From: a virus
Lineage: Duplodnaviria; Caudoviricetes
Reading direction: 5' to 3' (one strand)
Length of the DNA: 33,984 nt
IMG/VR virus record: IMGVR_UViG_3300044698_000164
Location: 1 to 33,984 of that record
Below the pieces are notes generated by a model that was not told the origin of the DNA, did no database searches, and saw only the letters and a list, made by a program, of their open reading frames with translations. Positions 8,296-15,144 of this stretch are shown here, one piece after another. A program made the position numbers and the translations under genes. The stretch's first letter is position 1; each line of letters opens with the position of its first letter.

Positions 8296-8648
8296 AGCGG
8301 CATCCTCGCGCGACGTCGGCCTGCCGCCTGCTGGACGCCGTACGGGCGCAGCGCGACGAACGCCGGGCCGCCGGCCGCGGGGTACCGGGCCAGCGTCGGC
8401 CGGCTCTTGGGCCGGATCGTGTGGCCGCGGTGCTCGCACCGGCCCGAGGCACACGCGCGCGTCTGCGCGAGCCCGAACGCTGGCCGCCGGTCGGCCAGCA
8501 GGTCCGGCTGGTGCTGCAGCAGCACCAGGCCAGCCGGGGAGGTCAGCGGCTGACGAGCGCGCCGCGCCTGGTGGCTGGGCACGCCACGAGCGGCGACCAG
8601 GCCCAGCACGAACAGCACGAGCGACCCGGACAGCAGGACGCCGATCAT
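8292..8648 (-). CDS. Hypothetical protein with N-terminal TM
   Basis: ATGA-coupled; MIGVLLSGSLVLFVLGLVAA. Confidence 0.55.
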   Translation of the reverse strand: MIGVLLSGSLVLFVLGLVAARGVPSHQARRARQPLTSPAGLVLLQHQPDLLADRRPAFGLAQTRACASGRCEHRGHTIRPKSRPTLARYPAAGGPAFVALRPYGVQQAAGRRRARMPL

Positions 8649-8848
8649 TCGGGGGCCCCGTCGTGGCCCGCGCGACGGCAGCACCCGTTGCAGCGGCCGC
8701 AGCAGTTGAAGGTGCGCAGCGTCCGGCATGTGGCGCACTCCACTGGGTGATCCCGTGGTTCGGTGTCGGTGTGGCGAGGCCCGCGAGCCTCGATCGGTGA
8801 AACCCGCACCGGCCGGCGCGGCTCGGGCGAGTGATTGCCTAACGGCAT
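8645..8848 (-). CDS. Cys-rich small protein
   Basis: AAGGAG RBS; CATC...CCGRCNGCC...H. Confidence 0.55.
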   Translation of the reverse strand: MPLGNHSPEPRRPVRVSPIEARGPRHTDTEPRDHPVECATCRTLRTFNCCGRCNGCCRRAGHDGAPE

Positions 8849-8878
8849 GCTTTACTCCTTACGGGGTTGTGTCTGGTC

Positions 8879-8935
8879 GACGATGGCCCCCGGACCCACC
8901 AGCAGGCGAGCCTGGCCGGTCCGGGGGCCATCGTC
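8879..8935. terminator. 18-bp perfect inverted repeat (terminator/attenuator-like hairpin)
   Basis: GACGATGGCCCCCGGACC 8879-8896 / GGTCCGGGGGCCATCGTC 8918-8935; intergenic; no U-tract. Confidence 0.55.
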
Positions 8936-9131
8936 ATGCCCTGGTCGTGCGGGCCCTGGACCACGCCTGCTCGGCGCGCCGGTCAGCGGCGACCAGCCGC
9001 CGTACCTCCCGGTACTGGCCCGGGGTGGGCAGCGCCGCATAGCTGACGATCATGTGCTGTCGCAGCGTCAGCGCGGCCGCGCGGTGCTGTGCCCGGTGGG
9101 TGACCCGGTTCGGGCCCTGGACGGTCGGCAT
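8934..9131 (-). CDS. Hypothetical protein
   Basis: TGATG-coupled start; 65 aa. Confidence 0.55.
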   Translation of the reverse strand: MPTVQGPNRVTHRAQHRAAALTLRQHMIVSYAALPTPGQYREVRRLVAADRRAEQAWSRARTTRA

Positions 9132-9274
9132 CAGACTCCCTTCGAAATGATCAGGCTGGCGGGGATGGTCACCAGCGCCGCGTGCAGTGACCGGTCGTGG
9201 AACCCGTACCGCAGGGAGCAGATCGGGCACCGGGTATCCAGTGCGATGGACGGTTCGATCCAGATCACGGACAT
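9131..9274 (-). CDS. 47-aa CxxC/H protein
   Basis: Strong AGGAGG RBS; CPIC...H...H. Confidence 0.6.
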   Translation of the reverse strand: MSVIWIEPSIALDTRCPICSLRYGFHDRSLHAALVTIPASLIISKGV

Positions 9275-9313
9275 CGGTTGCGTGCCTCCTGCTGGTCGGT
9301 GCCGGGGATGATG

Positions 9314-9481
9314 CTCGCGGCCACCCCTGCCGCACAACCCCCCGGGCAGGGGGCCCGGCCGGCGGGAGGGGTGGCCGCGAGGTCTAGTGACCGGCCGCCG
9401 GGTCGGGCCACGATTCGGCGGCCGGTCAGTCTGGGTGGTGCCGTCCGCCGGGCCTTGCGCGGCCGCCGGCGGACGGCACCA
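9314..9481. ncRNA. Candidate structured RNA / cis element with three adjacent hairpins
   Basis: Stems 9314-9328/9367-9381 (15 bp), 9388-9400/9416-9428 (13 bp) and 9436-9451/9466-9481 (16 bp) fill the largest gap of the early operon. Confidence 0.5.
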
Positions 9482-9483
9482 GA

Positions 9484-9729
9484 TCAGGTGCCGGCCATGT
9501 CCTCGCGGCGAGCAGCCAGGACGGCCCGGACCACGGCCAGGGTGACCGCGTCGGACTCCGGGGCAGGAACCGCTTCGTAGGATCGGGCCCACGCGTCGAT
9601 CACAGCGAGGGCGGCCCATCCGGTGACCAGCGCCCTGCTGTCGCCGACCTGGCAGGACGACAGCAGCCGCTGGTCACGCGCGTCGCGGTAGTCGCGTACC
9701 GCGACCCCAGCAGCGTGCCCTGGGGTCAC
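9484..9729 (-). CDS. Hypothetical protein
   Basis: GTGA-coupled; 81 aa. Confidence 0.55.
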   Translation of the reverse strand: MTPGHAAGVAVRDYRDARDQRLLSSCQVGDSRALVTGWAALAVIDAWARSYEAVPAPESDAVTLAVVRAVLAARREDMAGT

Positions 9730-9944
9730 CAGTCCTGCCTGCGCTCCCACTCGTGGAGCCCGTCGATCGCGGCTCGGGTCAGCGCGCCGTACAGGTCGTC
9801 TCGGTCGAACAGGAGTCCGGTGTACGCGCCGAGCAGGGCAATGAGCATCGACCGGACCGCGGCGCGCCCGTACGTGTGTTCCCGCGCAGCCTGTTCGACC
9901 AGTTCCGCGGCCTTCGCTCGCGCCTGCTCCACAGTGTCGATCAT
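9726..9944 (-). CDS. Hypothetical protein
   Basis: AAAGGA RBS; ATGA coupling. Confidence 0.65.
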   Translation of the reverse strand: MIDTVEQARAKAAELVEQAAREHTYGRAAVRSMLIALLGAYTGLLFDRDDLYGALTRAAIDGLHEWERRQDW

Positions 9945-10171
9945 GGCGTGTGGTCCTTTCGTGGTGTGACGAGCGCGGCCGGGGTCGCCCCGACCAGGTC
10001 AGCGACTGCGAGTAGCTCGCCGAGTCGCCAGGGGACGGCGCCTCGGAGTCTGCCGCGTACCTGCTGGACGGAGATCCCGAGCAGTGCCGCGACGTGCACC
10101 GTGGACACGCCGCGGGTGGTCATCAGGGCCCGCAGGGCCCGGTTGACCTCGGTTATCCGGGGGTCCGTCAT
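9941..10171 (-). CDS. XRE/Cro-like (BetR-like) HTH regulator
   Basis: LRALMTTRGVSTVHVAALLGISVQQVRGRLRGAVPWRLGELLAVADLVG; first gene after the leftward promoter, near-leaderless. Confidence 0.85.
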   Translation of the reverse strand: MTDPRITEVNRALRALMTTRGVSTVHVAALLGISVQQVRGRLRGAVPWRLGELLAVADLVGATPAALVTPRKDHTP

Positions 10172-10179
10172 GCGGCAGG

Positions 10180-10231
10180 ACACTACCCGCGAAAGCTACG
10201 CTTGCGCAAGCCTGGCTTTCGCGCGTATGGT
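10180..10231. promoter_or_regulatory. Divergent promoters sharing a palindromic -35, overlaid by two operators
   Basis: Plus: TTGCGC(10202)-N18-TATGGT(10226). Minus: TTGCGC(10209)-N18-TAGTGT(10185). 36-bp dyad 10188-10223. Confidence 0.75.
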
Positions 10232-10266
10232 CGATCACTGACCATCCCAGACCCTAGGGAGCACCG

Positions 10267-10650
10267 ATGCCAGACACCACCCCGACCCCCGACCAGTACC
10301 CCGGCGCGGACGCCAGCCACTGCACCGGGTGCAACGTCCTCCTGGCGCCCGATGGGCCGGACCACGCGCCCGGGTGCAGGTACCGCCCAGTGATGCCGCC
10401 CGATGACCGGTGCGCGACGTGCCACCGGGACGCCCACCGGCCCGGCATCACGACCACCGACCACGGACACCCCTACCGCGACCCCAGCCTGGTCGAGCCC
10501 GTCACCGACGCTGACGGACTCGTCGTCCCGGACGCGCCCGCCGGGTCCGGCCCGTTCTTCGCCGGCCGGGTCCGCGCGCTGGACTGCCCGCACTACATGG
10601 CGGCCAGCGAGCGCAAGGCCGGGTACCGGGTCTGCGAGCACTGCGCGTGA
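10267..10650 (+). CDS. Cys/His-rich putative zinc-binding protein
   Basis: AGGGAG RBS; CTGC..H...C, CATC...H...H, CPH...CEHC. Confidence 0.7.
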   Translation: MPDTTPTPDQYPGADASHCTGCNVLLAPDGPDHAPGCRYRPVMPPDDRCATCHRDAHRPGITTTDHGHPYRDPSLVEPVTDADGLVVPDAPAGSGPFFAGRVRALDCPHYMAASERKAGYRVCEHCA

Positions 10651-10781
10651 GGCTGCCCGAGTGCACCCGGACCGGTGCCCCGTACGTCACGGATCAACTC
10701 GACGTGCTGCTACTGCAGCTCACCCTGGCAACTGTCGCGTGGTCCGCCCGGTGCGGCCACTACCACGTAGAGAGGTACTGA
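10647..10781 (+). CDS. 44-aa micro-ORF
   Basis: GTGA start overlap and TGATG stop overlap with the LysM gene (VRLPECTRTG...CGHYHVERY). Confidence 0.5.
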   Translation: MRLPECTRTGAPYVTDQLDVLLLQLTLATVAWSARCGHYHVERY

Positions 10782-11311
10782 TGATCACGCCGTTCGTCCT
10801 GGTCCTGCTCACCCTCGCCGGTACCGGCCTCGTCGTCGCCGGTACCGGGCACGCCCGGATCCTGCGCCCGCCCGCGCCGTCCCCGGCCGTCGTCCGGACC
10901 GCGGCCGCCGGGAGCCTGGCCGCCGGGGTCGCGCTCGCCGGTACCGGCACCGCGGCCGCGGACGACGTCACCCCGTGGAGCGTCCGCCGGCCGCCGCCCA
11001 CAGCTACCGCACCCGAGGCCTCCGCACGGCCCGGGCCGGACAACCCGCAGGCCCTCCCGGACGGGTCCGTGTCCATCGACCCGGTACCGGAGGCCCCGGT
11101 GCCCTGGTCGGCTACCCGGGTGGTGCAGCGCGGCCGTGTAGTGGTGGTCAACGTCCACCGTGGGGACACCCTCACCCGGATCGCTGGAGCGAACTGCACC
11201 AGTGTGGTCCAGATAGCTCGAGCCAACCGGACCGCTCACCCGACCCTCGCCAGCAACCCGGACCTGATCCGGCCCGGGTGGCGCCTGACGGTGAAGGGGT
11301 GCCACCGATGA
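10781..11311 (+). CDS. Membrane-anchored/secreted LysM peptidoglycan-binding protein
   Basis: N-terminal hydrophobic segments, Pro-rich linker, C-terminal VHRGDTLTRIA...IARAN...NPDLIRPGWRL. Confidence 0.85.
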   Translation: MITPFVLVLLTLAGTGLVVAGTGHARILRPPAPSPAVVRTAAAGSLAAGVALAGTGTAAADDVTPWSVRRPPPTATAPEASARPGPDNPQALPDGSVSIDPVPEAPVPWSATRVVQRGRVVVVNVHRGDTLTRIAGANCTSVVQIARANRTAHPTLASNPDLIRPGWRLTVKGCHR

Positions 11312-11625
11312 CCGCGACTCTCCTGTCAGACCGGACGCTGGACCTGGCCGGAAACCAGGTCCGGGTCCGGTACTGGGCCAACACCACCCCAGGCGAGTCG
11401 TTCGACCTGGCAACCCTGTCGGTCACCGTGGACTGCCCGGACGTGCCGGCCGTCGCCGCGGCCGCAGAGCAGCGCCTCGGGCCGGATACCGCACTGGTGC
11501 TGGACATCGAAGGTGACCTGTTCGATCTCTTCGGGGCCAACGCTGGCGGATGGATCACGGATCCCATCAACCTGCCCGACCTCGCCGCAGACCTCGGCGT
11601 AGACCCGGGGAGCGTGCTCCCGTGA
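11308..11625 (+). CDS. Acidic hypothetical protein
   Basis: ATGA-coupled; 105 aa. Confidence 0.65.
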   Translation: MTATLLSDRTLDLAGNQVRVRYWANTTPGESFDLATLSVTVDCPDVPAVAAAAEQRLGPDTALVLDIEGDLFDLFGANAGGWITDPINLPDLAADLGVDPGSVLP

Positions 11626-11798
11626 CGTGCCACTGCACGGCCGTCATCGTCCACGGCCACCCCGCACACGAGGGGGTTCCCTGCCGCGAGTTCGCCGCCG
11701 CGGTGTACCCCACGATCGCGGGCCCGCGCGCCGAACTCCGAACCGCGCCCGCGCCCGACGTCGAGCGCGACGACTCCCCCGTCTACGTCCCCGCCTGA
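11622..11798 (+). CDS. Small hypothetical protein (CxC...H..H...C)
   Basis: GGGGAG RBS; GTGA coupling. Confidence 0.5.
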   Translation: MTCHCTAVIVHGHPAHEGVPCREFAAAVYPTIAGPRAELRTAPAPDVERDDSPVYVPA

Positions 11799-11809
11799 CC
11801 CGCCCCGGA

Positions 11810-12418
11810 ATGGACACGCCCCCGATGCTCGCCCTGCTCGCGGCCGCCACGCCGTCACCACCCGCGCCACCCTCGGCCGGGCCACCGCTGCCCGCGCCCG
11901 ACGTCATCGGCCCGGCCGGTGAGTGGCTCCTGCCGGCCCTGCTCCTCGCCGTTGCCCTGGCGCTGGACTACTCCGCGGCCGGCGCGAACGCTCGCCGTGA
12001 CCGCGTCGCGATGCTCCTGACCTATACCGCCGTCCTTGGCTTCGTGGGGATCTACGGGTGGTCCGATGACATCCGGAGGACCGTCGGCGCGTCCTGGTCG
12101 GCGGTCGTGCTCGGGTCGCTCGCGGCGGTGGTCCTGCACCTGCTGATGGTCCATGTGGCGATGCCGGATACCACGGAATGGGGGAAACGATCACGCGCGT
12201 TCCTGCAGGGCCGAGCGGGGTTCTCGTCGAAGGAATCGACAGCGGTCGGCCGGATCAACACCCGATTGCACATCTGGGCGGCCGTGACCGCGGCCAGCTA
12301 CGTGCTGTCCCGCGGGCCGTCCGCTTGGTTCCCGGAGCACATCGCCGGCGCCCTCAACCGTGCGTCGGGGTGGGCTGGTGGCCACCTGATCTATTGGCTC
12401 GGCGGGGGGTGGTGGTGA
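11810..12418 (+). CDS. Polytopic membrane protein (about 4 TM)
   Basis: Several hydrophobic helices; Pro-rich N-terminus. Confidence 0.75.
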   Translation: MDTPPMLALLAAATPSPPAPPSAGPPLPAPDVIGPAGEWLLPALLLAVALALDYSAAGANARRDRVAMLLTYTAVLGFVGIYGWSDDIRRTVGASWSAVVLGSLAAVVLHLLMVHVAMPDTTEWGKRSRAFLQGRAGFSSKESTAVGRINTRLHIWAAVTAASYVLSRGPSAWFPEHIAGALNRASGWAGGHLIYWLGGGWW

Positions 12419-12630
12419 TGTTCGCCCTCGCCGCCGGTGTGGCCCTGCTGTGGCTTGCCGCAGCGCTCTACGTCGGCTACCGCGACCAGGCGCCGATCCT
12501 GTGGGGCCGGGTCCTGCTCCTCGTCACCGCCGGGTACCTCGGTGGCGCGTGGGCAGGGGTGTGGCCGATCGACAGTGCCACGCCGGCGGCCCGGTGGGTG
12601 CTGGGGTGGCTGGGAGCGTGGCCGCAGTGA
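12418..12630 (+). CDS. Small 2-TM membrane protein
   Basis: TGATG coupling; Trp/Leu-rich. Confidence 0.65.
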   Translation: MFALAAGVALLWLAAALYVGYRDQAPILWGRVLLLVTAGYLGGAWAGVWPIDSATPAARWVLGWLGAWPQ

Positions 12631-13082
12631 CCGGCGACAGCATCGGCGCGACCCTCGCCCTGGTCGCCGCGGTCTACGCCGTCGGGGTGGCCAACCGGGG
12701 GTGGACATCGCCCCTGGACATCTGGCACGCGGCCACTGGACATCGCTGGTGTGGACACGATGAGTGCTGGTCAGACCCGGTGGACGGCCCCGACGTCCAA
12801 AACCAGCCCGCCGATGTCCAGACGTCCACCCCCGGTCCGTTGCGGCCGCCCGAGACCCTGGTCCACCCCATGACCGGGCCGGGGCCGCTGCCAGGCCAGC
12901 CGGTCACCGACCGGATCCCGCACGAGACCCGGATCGCGTGGGTCCGCCGGCAACTGGAGGCCGGGGTTCTCGGCCCGGGGGACATCGACGCGCTGGGCGC
13001 CGAACAGTTCGCGGTGTCCGAACGGCAGGTGCGCCGGTGGCGCGCGGCACTCGGCGACGACAGGAAAGGATCACCGGCATGA
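12627..13082 (+). CDS. Membrane-anchored protein with C-terminal HTH
   Basis: N-terminal TM (IGATLALVAAVYAVGVA), Pro-rich linker, IDALGAEQFAVSERQVRRWRAAL. Confidence 0.7.
   Translation: MTGDSIGATLALVAAVYAVGVANRGWTSPLDIWHAATGHRWCGHDECWSDPVDGPDVQNQPADVQTSTPGPLRPPETLVHPMTGPGPLPGQPVTDRIPHETRIAWVRRQLEAGVLGPGDIDALGAEQFAVSERQVRRWRAALGDDRKGSPA
12702..12828. repeat. TGGAC(A/G)TC octamer array, direct then inverted
   Basis: Forward 12702, 12715, 12737 (three different codon phases), near-copy 12752; reverse 12792, 12813, 12821. Confidence 0.75.
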
Positions 13083-13222
13083 AGGCTGTAGACGTGCTCG
13101 CCGCGGTGGAAGACGCGCTCGCGGTCCGCGATGAGCTGGTGGCGCGCGGCGAACCGATGGGCAGCGCGCTCGTCATCACCGGGTGCGCGCTCGGGGTCCT
13201 CATGGCTGGAGCGCGCACGTGA
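13079..13222 (+). CDS. 47-aa protein with C-terminal hydrophobic segment
   Basis: AAAGGA RBS; ATGA/GTGA coupling. Confidence 0.6.
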   Translation: MKAVDVLAAVEDALAVRDELVARGEPMGSALVITGCALGVLMAGART

Positions 13223-13970
13223 CCGCGCGCGCGCTCCCGCGCTGGCCCCTCCTGGTCATCGCGCTACCGGCCGCCGTGTCGGTGTGGGCTGGGTGGGTAG
13301 GCCTCGGCCAGGCCTGCGGATTCGGGGTGGTCCACCCGCTACCGGGCACCCCGCTCGCGCACTGGCGCGTCGATACCGCCATCACCCTGCCGATCGGGAT
13401 CGAGGCATATGGCGCGTACGCGCTGCGCGTGTGGCTCGGTGAGCGCGCCGACGCGCGCACGGTCCGGTTCGCCCGGGCGAGCGCGGTCGGCGCGCTGGTG
13501 CTGGGCATGGCCGGGCAGGTCGCGTACCACCTGCTGCAGTCCGGTGGCCACGCGCGGGCGCCGCTCCCGCTGGTCGCGCTGGTCGGGGTGCTCCCGGTCG
13601 GTGTGCTCGGTCTGGCGGCCGCGCTGTGGCATCTGGTGTCCAGCGCGGACGCGCTCCCGGTGCCCGCGCCAGCCGCGCCCGAGCAGCGCGCCGACGAGCG
13701 CGCGCCGCGCCAGCCGGGCGAGCGCGCCGCGCCACCGGAGCGCGCGCCAGAGCCGGACGGCGAGCGCGCCCCGGTGCGCCTGCTGGCCCCGGTGGCGCGG
13801 CGCGCTCGTGCGCGTCCGGTGGACGCGTCCGGGCTGGAGGATGCGCGCGCCGAGTGGGAGCGCGCCGAGCGTGGCCCGGCCCCGATGACCGGTGCGCGCC
13901 TGGCGGCCGCGCTCGGGTGCTCCGAAGGGCACGCGCGGAAGGTCGCGCAGGGCTGGCGCGCCGAGCGCGC
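13164..13970. repeat. GAGCGCGC octamer array (12 copies, both strands)
   Basis: Forward 13209, 13441, 13696, 13720, 13738, 13762, 13858, 13963; reverse 13164, 13185, 13229, 13800. Confidence 0.6.
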
Positions 13971-13998
13971 GCGGGAGGTTGAGAGCGCGTCCGGGTGA
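13219..13998 (+). CDS. SpdA/DUF2637-like 4-TM protein with C-terminal HTH (actinomycete plasmid/AICE family)
   Basis: WPLLVIALPAAVSVWAGWVGLG..CGFG.VHPLPG...DTAITLPIGIEAYGAYALRVWL...LG..GQVAYHLL...LPV.VLG; HTH TGARLAAALGCSEGHARKV. Confidence 0.75.
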   Translation: MTARALPRWPLLVIALPAAVSVWAGWVGLGQACGFGVVHPLPGTPLAHWRVDTAITLPIGIEAYGAYALRVWLGERADARTVRFARASAVGALVLGMAGQVAYHLLQSGGHARAPLPLVALVGVLPVGVLGLAAALWHLVSSADALPVPAPAAPEQRADERAPRQPGERAAPPERAPEPDGERAPVRLLAPVARRARARPVDASGLEDARAEWERAERGPAPMTGARLAAALGCSEGHARKVAQGWRAERAREVESASG

Positions 13999-14003
13999 CC
14001 GTG

Positions 14004-14036
14004 TTGACCACCAGCGCGCGAAAGGTGTACCTTCGC
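14004..14036 (+). promoter_or_regulatory. SigA/HrdB-like promoter with overlapping operator
   Basis: TTGACC(14004)-N18-TACCTT(14028); GCGAAAG-N5-CCTTCGC 14018-14036 covers the -10; AGGAGG RBS downstream. Confidence 0.75.
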
Positions 14037-14085
14037 AGTATCGCCACTCAAGGGCAACCGGGCCCGCTCTCAGGAGGAAACCGAA

Positions 14086-14391
14086 ATGACCAAAACCACC
14101 ACGCTCGTGCTGGACATCTGCACCCCGGAGGGAAAGACCTGGTGCGCTGCGATCACGGCACTTGGCGGCCGCTACGGATTCGAGCGTGACTTTGTCAACG
14201 CCGTGCAGCGCCGGACGTCGCGGTCCGGCATGACCGGGGCAGCCACATATGAACTGGAGGACGGGCCGTACGCCACGTGCGAGGGCCGACGTCGGCTCGG
14301 CCGCCGGTACTGGATCATCCGTGACGGTGCCGCGACCAAAGTCGACTCGGCAAAGCTCGCGTTTGCGGCGTTCGCTGTGGACGCGTCGTGA
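14086..14391 (+). CDS. Hypothetical phage protein
   Basis: Strong AGGAGG RBS; W.A.I...G.YG..R.F pattern. Confidence 0.8.
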   Translation: MTKTTTLVLDICTPEGKTWCAAITALGGRYGFERDFVNAVQRRTSRSGMTGAATYELEDGPYATCEGRRRLGRRYWIIRDGAATKVDSAKLAFAAFAVDAS

Positions 14392-14756
14392 GCCTGCCCG
14401 TCCCGACCTTCTACGAGCACCGGGACATGATGGCCGCTGCGCTGGCCTTCCAAGGGCCGGGAGAAGTCGTCACCCACGCTGACATCGTGACCGCCCTGAC
14501 CGATGCTGGGATCTTCCACCGGGTCTGGGAGCTGGGGCCCCGGGACTGGTACCCGGACGGCGTCAACGAGGTGATCATCTACGACTGTGACGGGTACATC
14601 TACGGATTCATGCCTGGCCGCACTCTGGAGAATGCGACGCGTGACGGCATCCGTGTCCGTCCCACGGGCCTTCCGGGTGGCGCCGAACGGTGGGTGCCGA
14701 CCATCGCAGACATGATCATTTCCGCCCTGTACATCGTCCGCCCGGACCTGCCGTGA
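14388..14756 (+). CDS. Hypothetical protein
   Basis: GTGA-coupled; 122 aa; globular composition. Confidence 0.7.
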   Translation: MSLPVPTFYEHRDMMAAALAFQGPGEVVTHADIVTALTDAGIFHRVWELGPRDWYPDGVNEVIIYDCDGYIYGFMPGRTLENATRDGIRVRPTGLPGGAERWVPTIADMIISALYIVRPDLP

Positions 14757-15142
14757 ACGCGCCGACCAGCATCGTCACGGCCGGCAACGTGGTCCTGGCC
14801 GCACTCGACGCGCGGCGGGCGCTGGGCCCCGACCGCGGCGCCGTTGAAATGTCCTGGGAGTTCGGGGGTGGCGGTTCGCTGTGGGAGCTGGACGGCGAGC
14901 CGGTGCCGGACGCGGACGTCATCCGGTGGTTCGTCGACGGTCGCCCGGTGGCCGCTTGCGCGCCGCGCCCGCGCCGTCCGATGGCACCGGCCGAGGTCGC
15001 GCTGCGGGTCCTGTCGATGTGGTGCCTGACCGACCCGCAGGGGTATCCGTACTCGCTGACCATGATTCCTGGGGGCCCGCGCGGCGAGTACCCCGAGGTC
15101 ATGATCAGTTCCGGTAACACCGTCGTCGTGAATTGGGAGTGA
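14753..15142 (+). CDS. Hypothetical protein
   Basis: GTGA-coupled; 129 aa. Confidence 0.65.
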   Translation: MNAPTSIVTAGNVVLAALDARRALGPDRGAVEMSWEFGGGGSLWELDGEPVPDADVIRWFVDGRPVAACAPRPRRPMAPAEVALRVLSMWCLTDPQGYPYSLTMIPGGPRGEYPEVMISSGNTVVVNWE

Positions 15143-15144
15143 TC

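Noticed and set aside
9290-9483. tRNA or tmRNA in the structured gap
   Set aside because: No T-loop (GTTCRA) or cloverleaf with acceptor stem on either strand; stems are too long
13219-13998. ABC transporter permease call
   Set aside because: No ABC ATPase or binding protein nearby; the TM+HTH layout fits the SpdA/DUF2637-like family
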